From a virus (taxonomy: Duplodnaviria; Caudoviricetes), in IMG/VR virus record IMGVR_UViG_3300020042_010077, positions 1-29,700 of that record: a DNA stretch of 29,700 nt; one strand, 5' to 3'. A program made the translations under genes and the position numbers. Below, piece after piece: positions 8,147 through 15,766 of this stretch; the stretch's first letter is position 1; the number at the start of each line of letters is the position of its first letter. The notes under the pieces are model-generated. The model was not told where the DNA came from and did not search any database. It was given only the letters and a program-made list of their open reading frames with translations.

Positions 8147-8242
8147 GGATTAGGAAAAACATAGTAAAAACACGGTTTTAGTATTTTTTACTAAAGACAT
8201 CTCAACTATTTGCATTTTTTGCAATAAATAAATATCATATTA

Positions 8243-8285
8243 TTTGACTTATTTAAGAACTTTTCGTAACTTTGTATATATTTAT
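8243..8285 (+). promoter_or_regulatory. Bacteroidota housekeeping promoter overlapping a TATATTTAT-class motif
   Basis: TTTG 8243-8246, N20, TAACTTTG 8267-8274; also GAACTTTT 8257-8264 with TATATTTAT 8277-8285. Confidence 0.75.
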
Positions 8286-8287
8286 TA

Positions 8288-8394
8288 AAGAACACGGACT
8301 TCAACGAAAGTGTTCCTTGGGTGTTGGGTGGAGTAATTACCATCCAACTTCCTTTCCCAAGTAAAATATTAGGAAGTGGAATAAAATAAAGGAA
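8288..8394 (+). ncRNA. Candidate structured 5' leader RNA of the rep-like gene
   Basis: Three stems (8290-95/8310-15, 8316-21/8356-61, 8323-31/8340-48) and a bulge TTCCTTT complementary to downstream AGGAA and AAAGGAA. Confidence 0.5.
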
Positions 8395-8407
8395 TAAAAC
8401 AAATAAA

Positions 8408-9040
8408 ATGAAAACAACGACTTCAACCAAGTACATCAAAAAAACCATTCAAGATACCATTATACGTATCAATCTTGATAATGGTAACTTCGCAACAATC
8501 TCAAATAAAGTAATGAATGATGAAAAAATCACATCAGATGCTTTTAGACTACTAACAATTATGCTTAATAAAGCTGATTCTTGGGATATAGTAGTTGGCT
8601 ATATTGGCCGTCAATTAGGATGGACTGATGAGAGAGTAACAAAAGCAGTAAAAAACCTAGAAGAAAATGGTTACTTAACTAAGGTTGGTAAATCATTAGG
8701 TAGTAAAGGATTTGAATATACTTATACTGTATCTGAATATGGTGATTTAACAGCACCAGCACCTAAAGTAAAGGAAACACCAGTTGTTGATGAGATATCT
8801 CAACCAGAGGCTTCTAATGAAGAAATTGAGATGGTTCAAGACTATTCAGATATTTCTTTTAGACTTAATAACGGGAAAGATGTTAAGATACCAACTGACC
8901 TAGTTGGATACTGGAATTCAATTCAAGAGATGAAAGGTCTTATGAGAACATTAAAAAATAACCATTCTTATATTACATTTGAAATGGAATTAAAAGAAAA
9001 TTCTGAGAGAAAATTAAATACTCCAGGAGTTTTACAATAA
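8408..9040 (+). CDS. Winged-HTH replication initiator/replisome-organiser-like protein
   Basis: NFATISNKVMNDEKITSDAFRLLTIMLNKADSW...VTKAVKNLEENGYL resembles phage Rep N-terminal HTH domains; lies next to the iterons. Confidence 0.7.
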   Translation: MKTTTSTKYIKKTIQDTIIRINLDNGNFATISNKVMNDEKITSDAFRLLTIMLNKADSWDIVVGYIGRQLGWTDERVTKAVKNLEENGYLTKVGKSLGSKGFEYTYTVSEYGDLTAPAPKVKETPVVDEISQPEASNEEIEMVQDYSDISFRLNNGKDVKIPTDLVGYWNSIQEMKGLMRTLKNNHSYITFEMELKENSERKLNTPGVLQ

Positions 9041-9053
9041 TCATTATATTTAT
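9030..9053 (+). promoter_or_regulatory. TTTT-N11-TATATTTAT motif
   Basis: ttttacaataatcatTATATTTATaataaacaaacaatATG. Confidence 0.55.
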
Positions 9054-9067
9054 AATAAACAAACAAT

Positions 9068-9349
9068 ATGAAAACACAAGAACAACACCAACAAGAATTA
9101 GCTATGACACTTTCAGAAGAGTTTACTAGCCAACTAATTGATACCAACATAGAATTAATTTATGCTATTGAGGCTGAAGAATACGAAACAGCGGCAATAC
9201 TAAGAGATAACCTTAAGGTTCTTATTGAAACAATTACCTTTAACGTAACGAATATCCTAGGGATTAATGAAGATATCCTTAGAAAACACTATAACGAACA
9301 AAATCAATTAGCGTTCAATCAATTAAAAGAAGCTTATGAAAAGTACTAA
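9068..9349 (+). CDS. Small protein with UvrB/UvrC (UVR) coiled-coil motif
   Basis: LIYAIEAEEYETAAILRDNLK. Confidence 0.75.
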   Translation: MKTQEQHQQELAMTLSEEFTSQLIDTNIELIYAIEAEEYETAAILRDNLKVLIETITFNVTNILGINEDILRKHYNEQNQLAFNQLKEAYEKY

Positions 9350-9674
9350 TGAAAAGATTGAAAGCTTTAAGCTAGCCGAAAAAGAAAGAATTAAAGCTCT
9401 ACATTCAGAACAAGTACAAGTAGTAGTAAAACTACAAGATTGGCCATTACTAGTTCGCATAACTTATAATAAAATAGCTGGTGATAGAATACTTGAAATA
9501 GAAGAATTAGGTCCAAATGAAACACCAGAGACATCTTGTAAGTTTAAAGGAAGGTCATCAACTGGAACTGGATGTGCTTATTTAAAAGAATTAAAACAAG
9601 CAATACAGGGTGTTAAAATTAAGGATTGGAAAGTAAATAATCAATATATAACAAGTTATTATAAACAACACTAA
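9336..9674 (+). CDS. Hypothetical protein
   Basis: 112 aa, overlaps the upstream stop, followed by a terminator. Confidence 0.7.
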   Translation: MKSTNEKIESFKLAEKERIKALHSEQVQVVVKLQDWPLLVRITYNKIAGDRILEIEELGPNETPETSCKFKGRSSTGTGCAYLKELKQAIQGVKIKDWKVNNQYITSYYKQH

Positions 9675-9679
9675 TAAAT

Positions 9680-9702
9680 AAGGCCCTTACGGGCCTTTTT
9701 TT
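9680..9702. terminator. Intrinsic terminator, probably bidirectional
   Basis: AAGGCCC-ttac-GGGCCTT with a T-run on + and an A-rich 5' flank; sits where the two operons converge. Confidence 0.85.
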
Positions 9703-9705
9703 ATG

Positions 9706-9777
9706 TAGCGGCTGTTGGAATCGAACCAACTATCTTCGGGTTATGAGCCCGATGAGTTACCATTTCTCTGAACCGCA
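9706..9777 (-). tRNA. tRNA-Met(CAT), initiator (fMet) type
   Basis: Cloverleaf TGCGGTT-CA-GAGAAATGGTAACTC-A-TCGGG CTCATAA CCCGA-AGATA-GTTGG TTCGATT CCAAC-AGCCGCT-A. Three G-C pairs end the anticodon stem, 1:72 is mismatched, A11:U24; no encoded CCA. Confidence 0.92.
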
Positions 9778-9808
9778 ATATGATAATCGGATTTAATCCG
9801 ATTATGTA

Positions 9809-10309
9809 TTAGTCGTTTAACAAGCCTTTATCAGTAGTCTTTGTATCGCCAGTAACATCTTCAATAGCTCCTTTTATTTCTTTAGTACGAGCAAGGATAC
9901 CTTTAATACTCTTCCAAACATCAATACCAAGTAATTGAAGACTCTCGTTGATACTCTTCAACTCGATACCAGCAAGACCTATTGCAGCTAATTTAGTGAC
10001 GAAATTAGGAATACTTGTAAGAGTCTTAACAAGTTCACCAAGTAAGAATTGGTCCACGCAGAATACTAATAGGATAGATGCTTGATAAAGAACTAGTTTA
10101 GAAACTAATCTAGACATCTTTCTTGATGTAATTTTCTCTTTAAGACGATATGCACGATATACACCAAGGATAGTGTCAGAAAAGATTAGTAGGCCAACGG
10201 TAAGGACAAGTCCAGCAATTGGAGCAAAGAATGCTAATATCACACCAATAAGTGCGAAGCAAGAAGCTTTTAAATTCATAATTAAAACAGTTAGTTGAGT
10301 GTGTATCAT
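9809..10309 (-). CDS. Holin-like membrane protein
   Basis: Several hydrophobic segments, DTILGVYRA..KITSRKMSRLVSK..LY and ELKSINE motifs, charged C-terminus. Confidence 0.8.
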   Translation of the reverse strand: MIHTQLTVLIMNLKASCFALIGVILAFFAPIAGLVLTVGLLIFSDTILGVYRAYRLKEKITSRKMSRLVSKLVLYQASILLVFCVDQFLLGELVKTLTSIPNFVTKLAAIGLAGIELKSINESLQLLGIDVWKSIKGILARTKEIKGAIEDVTGDTKTTDKGLLND

Positions 10310-10312
10310 ATA

Positions 10313-10876
10313 TTAGTATACGTTAAAGAAGCCGTTAAAGCCACAGTTGTTGTTATTTGTACGGTATCCTGGATATTGAGCGAAACCGCTATCATATCCT
10401 TCAATTGATTTATCTGGCACCATATCTTCAGATAATGATTGATTAACATATCCTGTAAATAGATTAGCATTAAGGCAAAGATATCTACGAAGTCTTGTTT
10501 CATAAAACTCAGCACGATTCTTCAACTCATTACGAAGGTAACTAATAACTGTTTGGTCAACAGCTGCTGAATTCTCACCAAATTGTGTTTGAGGACCCTT
10601 ATTCTTAATTTGATATGCTATGAATGGTAGTGCCATTTCAGCTGCTCTATACGCAAGCATAGGTTTAATATGCATAACAAGAGTTGTCTCGTCTGCTGTA
10701 AGAGTTTGTGCTGAATAAGCATTTAAAAGATATTCATAGTAAGTTGAACCAAGGATTGGTTGAACGTGCATATCTTGTGCTGGGTCAATATTTTGTACAA
10801 TATCCTTGATATCAAGATTTTGATTAAATACTGTGTTTTCTCTTATGTATGTTTCAGTTACGAATAGGATTGCCAT
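10313..10876 (-). CDS. Putative head-tail adaptor/connector
   Basis: 187 aa directly after the portal; AQDMHVQPILGSTYY motif seen in such virion proteins. Confidence 0.55.
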   Translation of the reverse strand: MAILFVTETYIRENTVFNQNLDIKDIVQNIDPAQDMHVQPILGSTYYEYLLNAYSAQTLTADETTLVMHIKPMLAYRAAEMALPFIAYQIKNKGPQTQFGENSAAVDQTVISYLRNELKNRAEFYETRLRRYLCLNANLFTGYVNQSLSEDMVPDKSIEGYDSGFAQYPGYRTNNNNCGFNGFFNVY

Positions 10877-10878
10877 AT

Positions 10879-12048
10879 TTATTGAGTTTGTTCTGTAATA
10901 ATGTTAGGTTCATTTAATTTAATTTTAACACCAAGACCATTAATACCTAAAATCTTATTAAAGATAGTCTCAATAGTTAATTGAGATGGTTGTACGATAG
11001 TTGTATTAAATAAATTATATGAATAAAGGAAATCACCAGAATTACCAAGACTTCCAGGAGTCTTCAATCCTAATAATTGAGGGTCAATTTGATGTGAGTA
11101 ACAGATTTGACGTTGAATAGTATCGGTAAGGCTTAAGAAAGTCTTATCAAGTTTATTCGCTTCCATTTGAGTTACTGTTGGTGCAAGTTCTTTACCATCA
11201 GAGAAGGTAACCATAGCACGACCAGTCTTACGAGCACCAGCAAAAGAACTATTCAAGTCATAAAGTACTTGTTGTTTCTCTTCTTTTGTTCCTGGTTTTT
11301 CGAAATATTGAATAAGAATACTAGGATTAATACTATTAAGAATATTTGACTTATGGTATTGAGACATTTCTGAATCAAGAACAACCCAGTTAAGAGCTGA
11401 TTGATAAGTTGGTTCAGCATAAAGTTTCATTCCTGGAGAAGCGGCTTGATACATATAGATTTGAACTTTATCTTTCTTATTAAAAGTATCAAAAGCTGGA
11501 TATTTCTTTGTATCGTATTTTTGTTGATAAGACCAATCCCAATTATATAAGAAGTTGATTGGTTCCATTTCATCATTAAGGTCGTTAATACGAATCTTAT
11601 CTGGTGAAATACGTTCAACTTTAAGGATTTTAGTATTATCTTTATTCCAAGTAATCTTAAGACAAATTCTAGCGTGAATAAATAAATCCATCGCAACTTC
11701 ATTAATAATTGAATCAAATTGATTAGTTAATTGATTAAGACTTATCTTCGATGGACCATCAAGCATAGTTGTATCAACTGTATAACCATTACCAACAGTA
11801 AGTAGTTTCTTGAAATTAAGGATACTAGCGTGAAGTGGTGATTTATGATAAAGACTATTTAATTCTTGAGGGAATAATCCGTTAGGACCATATAAATAAC
11901 CACGAGTTGTCTTATTAAGATACTCGAAAGGTTGAGAGTAGTCTACACTAATATCAAACGTTTGAAGACTAGCATCAATTGCTTTAACCATATTAGTTGG
12001 TTCTACTGGTGTTGATTTATTTGAGTTTAAAAATGAAAATAGGCCCAT
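10879..12048 (-). CDS. Portal protein
   Basis: LYHKSPLHASIL, P.YQSAL, F.GA...G and ICYSHQIDPQLLG..TPGSLG motifs; size 389 aa. Confidence 0.85.
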   Translation of the reverse strand: MGLFSFLNSNKSTPVEPTNMVKAIDASLQTFDISVDYSQPFEYLNKTTRGYLYGPNGLFPQELNSLYHKSPLHASILNFKKLLTVGNGYTVDTTMLDGPSKISLNQLTNQFDSIINEVAMDLFIHARICLKITWNKDNTKILKVERISPDKIRINDLNDEMEPINFLYNWDWSYQQKYDTKKYPAFDTFNKKDKVQIYMYQAASPGMKLYAEPTYQSALNWVVLDSEMSQYHKSNILNSINPSILIQYFEKPGTKEEKQQVLYDLNSSFAGARKTGRAMVTFSDGKELAPTVTQMEANKLDKTFLSLTDTIQRQICYSHQIDPQLLGLKTPGSLGNSGDFLYSYNLFNTTIVQPSQLTIETIFNKILGINGLGVKIKLNEPNIITEQTQ

Positions 12049-12056
12049 AATTTGTT

Positions 12057-12428
12057 TTATCTATATACTGATGGAATATCGTTATCAACTCCATTTACAT
12101 ATGCTTTACCAGTACTGATTGCAATACCTGTAGTCGCACTTATTGTTAGTGTTGAAGCTGTGCTTTCATAAACATTATACGTATAACTACCAGTTTTAAG
12201 GTTGATGGTAGCTGCTGTATAGTTAGTGTATGTTGAACCAGTTTCAACGATATCAAATCGATTATATCGACATTTAAAGTTCGATAAATCGGTACCAGTA
12301 AAGTAAGTAATACTTGATGGATTGATATCATTAATAAATTGAAATAAATAATAGTTATTTATCAACGATGATACACTAGTTAATTCTAGTATCACAGGAT
12401 TGCTCGTATTTTTATTCAAATATATCAT
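12057..12428 (-). CDS. Small beta-rich putative virion protein
   Basis: 123 aa, between tail tube and portal, has its own late-promoter motif. Confidence 0.7.
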   Translation of the reverse strand: MIYLNKNTSNPVILELTSVSSLINNYYLFQFINDINPSSITYFTGTDLSNFKCRYNRFDIVETGSTYTNYTAATINLKTGSYTYNVYESTASTLTISATTGIAISTGKAYVNGVDNDIPSVYR

Positions 12429-12434
12429 ATACTT

Positions 12435-12462
12435 TTAAATTATTCTAGTATTTGGTTCGTTC
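12435..12462 (-). promoter_or_regulatory. Putative late promoter GAAC-N16-TAATTTAA
   Basis: Motif placed just after a terminator, as expected for re-initiation. Confidence 0.7.
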
Positions 12463-12469
12463 ATAAACT

Positions 12470-12490
12470 AAAAAAGGGCCGAAGCCCCTT
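12470..12490 (-). terminator. Intrinsic terminator after the tail tube gene
   Basis: Minus strand AAGGGGC-TTCG-GCCCTTTTTT. Confidence 0.85.
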
Positions 12491-12513
12491 GTTTAGATTA
12501 TAAAGAATTATGA

Positions 12514-13035
12514 TTAAGCGATTAAGCCAGCGATAATTGACTCAGATACTTCATACATCATCTCTGGTTCTTCAGCGATAAATGTAAGTGAGTATTTAGA
12601 ACCATCACCTTTAGCAGTACCAGAACCTTCACCAAGACCTGTTAAGTTAGCAGAGTTTGCATAACCAACATACCAGTAAAGACCGTTACCATCCTTAAGG
12701 ATTATTTTTAAGTTACGTTGACCAGCTGCAATTAATGCAAGAGAGTTACGTTTAGCTACTTCTCTACGAGGTAAAGAAAGAGTTACAGTTGTAGTATAGA
12801 AAGTACTACCATTCTCTAAAGAGATAGCAGCTTCTTCAATATAGTTAGCTGTGTTTTTATTGAATTGATATTCAACAAATTTAGTTGAACCAGTCATTCC
12901 AATTACTGTGATAGTACCAGCAGTTAAAGTAGTACCAGTTACAAATTCTTCTGGAGCGACATAGAATTTTACAACCCCACCTGTGTTATTATCACAAGAT
13001 TTTAAGATTGAAGTTAATGATGTATTACAAGCCAT
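12514..13035 (-). CDS. Major tail (tube) protein, putative
   Basis: MAC...SCDNNTGGV N-terminus, SLENGSTFY and GSGTAKGD.SKYSLTF.AEE motifs; follows the capsid gene and has its own terminator. Confidence 0.65.
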   Translation of the reverse strand: MACNTSLTSILKSCDNNTGGVVKFYVAPEEFVTGTTLTAGTITVIGMTGSTKFVEYQFNKNTANYIEEAAISLENGSTFYTTTVTLSLPRREVAKRNSLALIAAGQRNLKIILKDGNGLYWYVGYANSANLTGLGEGSGTAKGDGSKYSLTFIAEEPEMMYEVSESIIAGLIA

Positions 13036-13078
13036 TTTGTTTAGTTGTTTTTAAGTTTTTAATTTTATGTTTTTAATT

Positions 13079-13108
13079 AAAAAGGCCGCTGTATTGCAGC
13101 AGCCTATT
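13079..13108 (-). terminator. Intrinsic terminator after the capsid gene
   Basis: Minus strand AGGCTGCTG-caata-CAGCGGCCT-TTTT. Confidence 0.8.
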
Positions 13109-13133
13109 TTAATTTGTATAAGTTATTTAGTTA

Positions 13134-14060
13134 TTAGTTAAAATAAACAATTTCACTTGGGTTAAGTAAACCGAAACCGATTTTCATATAAGCAGCTGTT
13201 CTCAATAAAGGTTGACCAGTTGTTTGTGTTAAATCGATTGCTTTTAAATCGCTTGAATCACCTTCTCCGTCTAATAAGTAAACTAAGTTAGAAGTTCTTG
13301 TAAGAACAATCTTGTTAGAAGACATACCTGGACATTCAACTAATTGAATACCACCGAAGTTAGCACCAAGTAATTCAGTTACATAAGAGATTGTGTTACC
13401 TTTTGAAGCTGCGATTTGGAATGCAGTCATTACATTAGATGCAACGTAGAATCTTAAGTCTGATTTCTTAGCTAAGATAGCAGCTGGAGCAGCAATTAAT
13501 ACAGCAGTTAAGTTGTCAATTACGTTAGCTACAGTTGAAGCAGTTAAAGTTACATCAACTACAGCAGCATCAGCTAACATAAGTTTTTCGTAACCATCAC
13601 AAAGAGCTTTGAAAGCGTTTGTTCCTGTGTAAGCAGTATTAGTTGTAGAACCTACCCAACGGATTAATTCAATTTCTTCAACAACTTCAGATGCAAGAGC
13701 TTCCCAGTAGTGATTCATAAATGAAGCAACATCCCAGTTAGCAGAACCTTTAGCCATTTCAAGAGATACGAAAGAAGACTCAAGAGTTTTCTTACAGATT
13801 TCAACTTGTGCTTGGATTGGACAGATTGTGAAAGTAGTTGCAGATAATGCAGATGCAGATGCAGAGAAATCACAAGTTTCAGCTTTTAATACTGATGTGA
13901 AAGATGCATTAGCAACCTTAGTTGATGATTTAACACCAGGAATAACTCTAAAGTTGTTTGCAACTTCCATAGTTAAATACGCTTTTGAGTACCACTCAGA
14001 TGGGTTTGGACATACAAGTGCGTTAGAAGCAATTGATAAATCGAAATTCATTTTTTTCAT
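13134..14060 (-). CDS. Major capsid protein
   Basis: 308 aa after protease/scaffold, strongly biased codons, IPGVKS, CDG..K and GIQLVECPGM motifs, flanked by promoter and terminator. Confidence 0.85.
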   Translation of the reverse strand: MKKMNFDLSIASNALVCPNPSEWYSKAYLTMEVANNFRVIPGVKSSTKVANASFTSVLKAETCDFSASASALSATTFTICPIQAQVEICKKTLESSFVSLEMAKGSANWDVASFMNHYWEALASEVVEEIELIRWVGSTTNTAYTGTNAFKALCDGYEKLMLADAAVVDVTLTASTVANVIDNLTAVLIAAPAAILAKKSDLRFYVASNVMTAFQIAASKGNTISYVTELLGANFGGIQLVECPGMSSNKIVLTRTSNLVYLLDGEGDSSDLKAIDLTQTTGQPLLRTAAYMKIGFGLLNPSEIVYFN

Positions 14061-14101
14061 ATTGTTTGTTTTGTTTTAAGTTTTTTATTCTAATTATAAA
14101 A

Positions 14102-14129
14102 TTAAATTAGTTTTTTATTTTTTTTGTTT
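14102..14129 (-). promoter_or_regulatory. Putative late promoter AAAC-N16-TAATTTAA (capsid)
   Basis: Motif match upstream of the capsid gene. Confidence 0.65.
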
Positions 14130-15159
14130 ATTTTGCACCAAAGAATGATTGTAAGTTAACTTGTGCATTACTTTTAGCAGCCATTACAACTTCTTCAGCA
14201 ACATCTTCAGCTGCATCAGCCTCAATAAGAGTCTTAATTTCAGCAATAACTTTATATAATTCATCTAACTTTGGTTGAACGATTGCTAAGATAGCAGCTT
14301 CATCAAGTGCTGGAGCTTCTACTGGAGCAACTTCTTCAACTGGAGCTTCTACTACTTCTTCAACTGGAACTTCAGCCATTTCTTCTTCAACTGGTTTAAT
14401 TTCAGTAATTTTACCAGCTACTGTTACAAGAGTTTCGCCAGAATCAAGGATATGTTCACCATCAAAGATTGGAGCCTTATCTCCGTTGTCATCGATAACC
14501 ATTACATCACCACCAACAGCTAAGTCAGAGATAAATAAAACAGTACCGTCAGCTAAGATTGCCTTAGCGAATTTTTGTTTTTCCATTTTGTTTGTTTTTA
14601 ATTTTTGTTTTATTGTACTTAATGCTAATCCTAGAAACCCTTCAATAGAGTAACCAAGACGGTCTTTTTCAATTATTTCAGACTTGAAGTAATCCTTATC
14701 TGTAAATTGAGATACTACGAAAACACTACCTTCTGGTAATTCAATTCCGTATTTTGTAAATGAAGCATCTGTCGCTGATGGGCCAGTAATCCAACTTTCA
14801 AGGATGAAACTTGGTGCTTCTAAATCACTATTATGGTCTAAGTTGAATGCTGCTTTACCTTTATTCAACATAAAGTCTTCATATAATGCTTCAATAGTTT
14901 CTTTTGTAAATACTACTTCATATTCACCTAACTCATCATCTTGACGATAGATTGGTAGGTCTGGAATAAGTATTGGTGCCGCTAAACGATACTTAAGTGT
15001 ATCGGTAAAACGCATAGCTTTTGTTTCGTTAAACGCTAATCCACGTTTAATAATAGCTGGTGTTGCTGTATAAGCAATTTGGCTCATACCAAGCTTTTCA
15101 CCATCTACAGATAGGCTAGGGTCAATACTGATAGAGTACCTTGGTAATTTATTATTCAT
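14128..15159 (-). CDS. Prohead protease (XkdF-like) fused to an acidic scaffold region
   Basis: APILIPDLPIYR, FNLDH, ILESW, LPEGS and GYSIEG motifs, then an E/A/P-rich C-terminus. Start taken at MNNKLPR (15159); the track gives 15168. Confidence 0.8.
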   Translation of the reverse strand: MNNKLPRYSISIDPSLSVDGEKLGMSQIAYTATPAIIKRGLAFNETKAMRFTDTLKYRLAAPILIPDLPIYRQDDELGEYEVVFTKETIEALYEDFMLNKGKAAFNLDHNSDLEAPSFILESWITGPSATDASFTKYGIELPEGSVFVVSQFTDKDYFKSEIIEKDRLGYSIEGFLGLALSTIKQKLKTNKMEKQKFAKAILADGTVLFISDLAVGGDVMVIDDNGDKAPIFDGEHILDSGETLVTVAGKITEIKPVEEEMAEVPVEEVVEAPVEEVAPVEAPALDEAAILAIVQPKLDELYKVIAEIKTLIEADAAEDVAEEVVMAAKSNAQVNLQSFFGAK

Positions 15160-15730
15160 ATATTGCATTTATTAATCCTTTTTTTATTTTACTAGTGAAA
15201 TAATCTGGAACTAAATTATAGGCTTTTGCTGCTTCTGTTATTGTATTATAACAAATACCATCAATAGTAACTTTTTTAGCGTTGCTGTTTTTATTTCCTT
15301 TTTTATTTTCACTCATTTTTAATTTAGTTTCATTACTTGCTTTTAAACCTTTATTCCAACTATTTAACCCTTTATGTGATTCACTCATTTTTTTTCTAGT
15401 TTCATCAGTAGCTTTAAGGCCTAGTCTTGAACCAGCTATTTTAGCTATATTAAGTTCTGGTTTAAAGAAATTTAACCATATTTGTTCAGTTTCAATTAAT
15501 TTTGATAAATCATTAATAAATGAAATAATTTCGAAATTAAAAGCTTTTTCACCATATTTATTAAAAGACCTTTGTAACAATATTGAATGATGTTCATTTC
15601 TTCTTAATAAATTTAAGTGAATACGCCACCTATCTTTAATATCCTTAGCACTACCAATATAACATTTTCCATTTATGTTATTTTGAATAACATAAATTCC
15701 AGATATTTTAATTGGTCTAGGTAATTTCAT
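15152..15730 (-). mobile_element. Free-standing GIY-YIG homing endonuclease with two NUMOD3 motifs and a C-terminal NUMOD1-like HTH
   Basis: SGIYVIQNNINGKCYIGSA, R...H, E and N catalytic pattern; ETRKKMSESHKG and ETKLKMSENKKG; visibly more AT-rich than its neighbours. Confidence 0.92.
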
Positions 15731-15736
15731 ATAATC

Positions 15737-15764
15737 TTAAATTAGTTTATTAATTATTTTGTTT
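15737..15764 (-). promoter_or_regulatory. Putative late promoter AAAC-N16-TAATTTAA
   Basis: Motif match upstream of the endonuclease/protease unit. Confidence 0.65.
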
Positions 15765-15766
15765 AT

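Noticed and set aside
8206-8448. 80-aa minus-strand ORF from the track
   Set aside because: Antisense to the rep promoter, leader and start; its composition reflects A-rich plus-strand sequence.
9660-9810. tRNA-associated (theta/HDV-like) ribozyme
   Set aside because: The tRNA 3' flank runs straight into a simple terminator hairpin and the 5' flank is a simple palindrome.
15152-15764. Group I intron around the GIY-YIG gene
   Set aside because: No room for a ribozyme core: the ORF begins right after the promoter and overlaps the next start.
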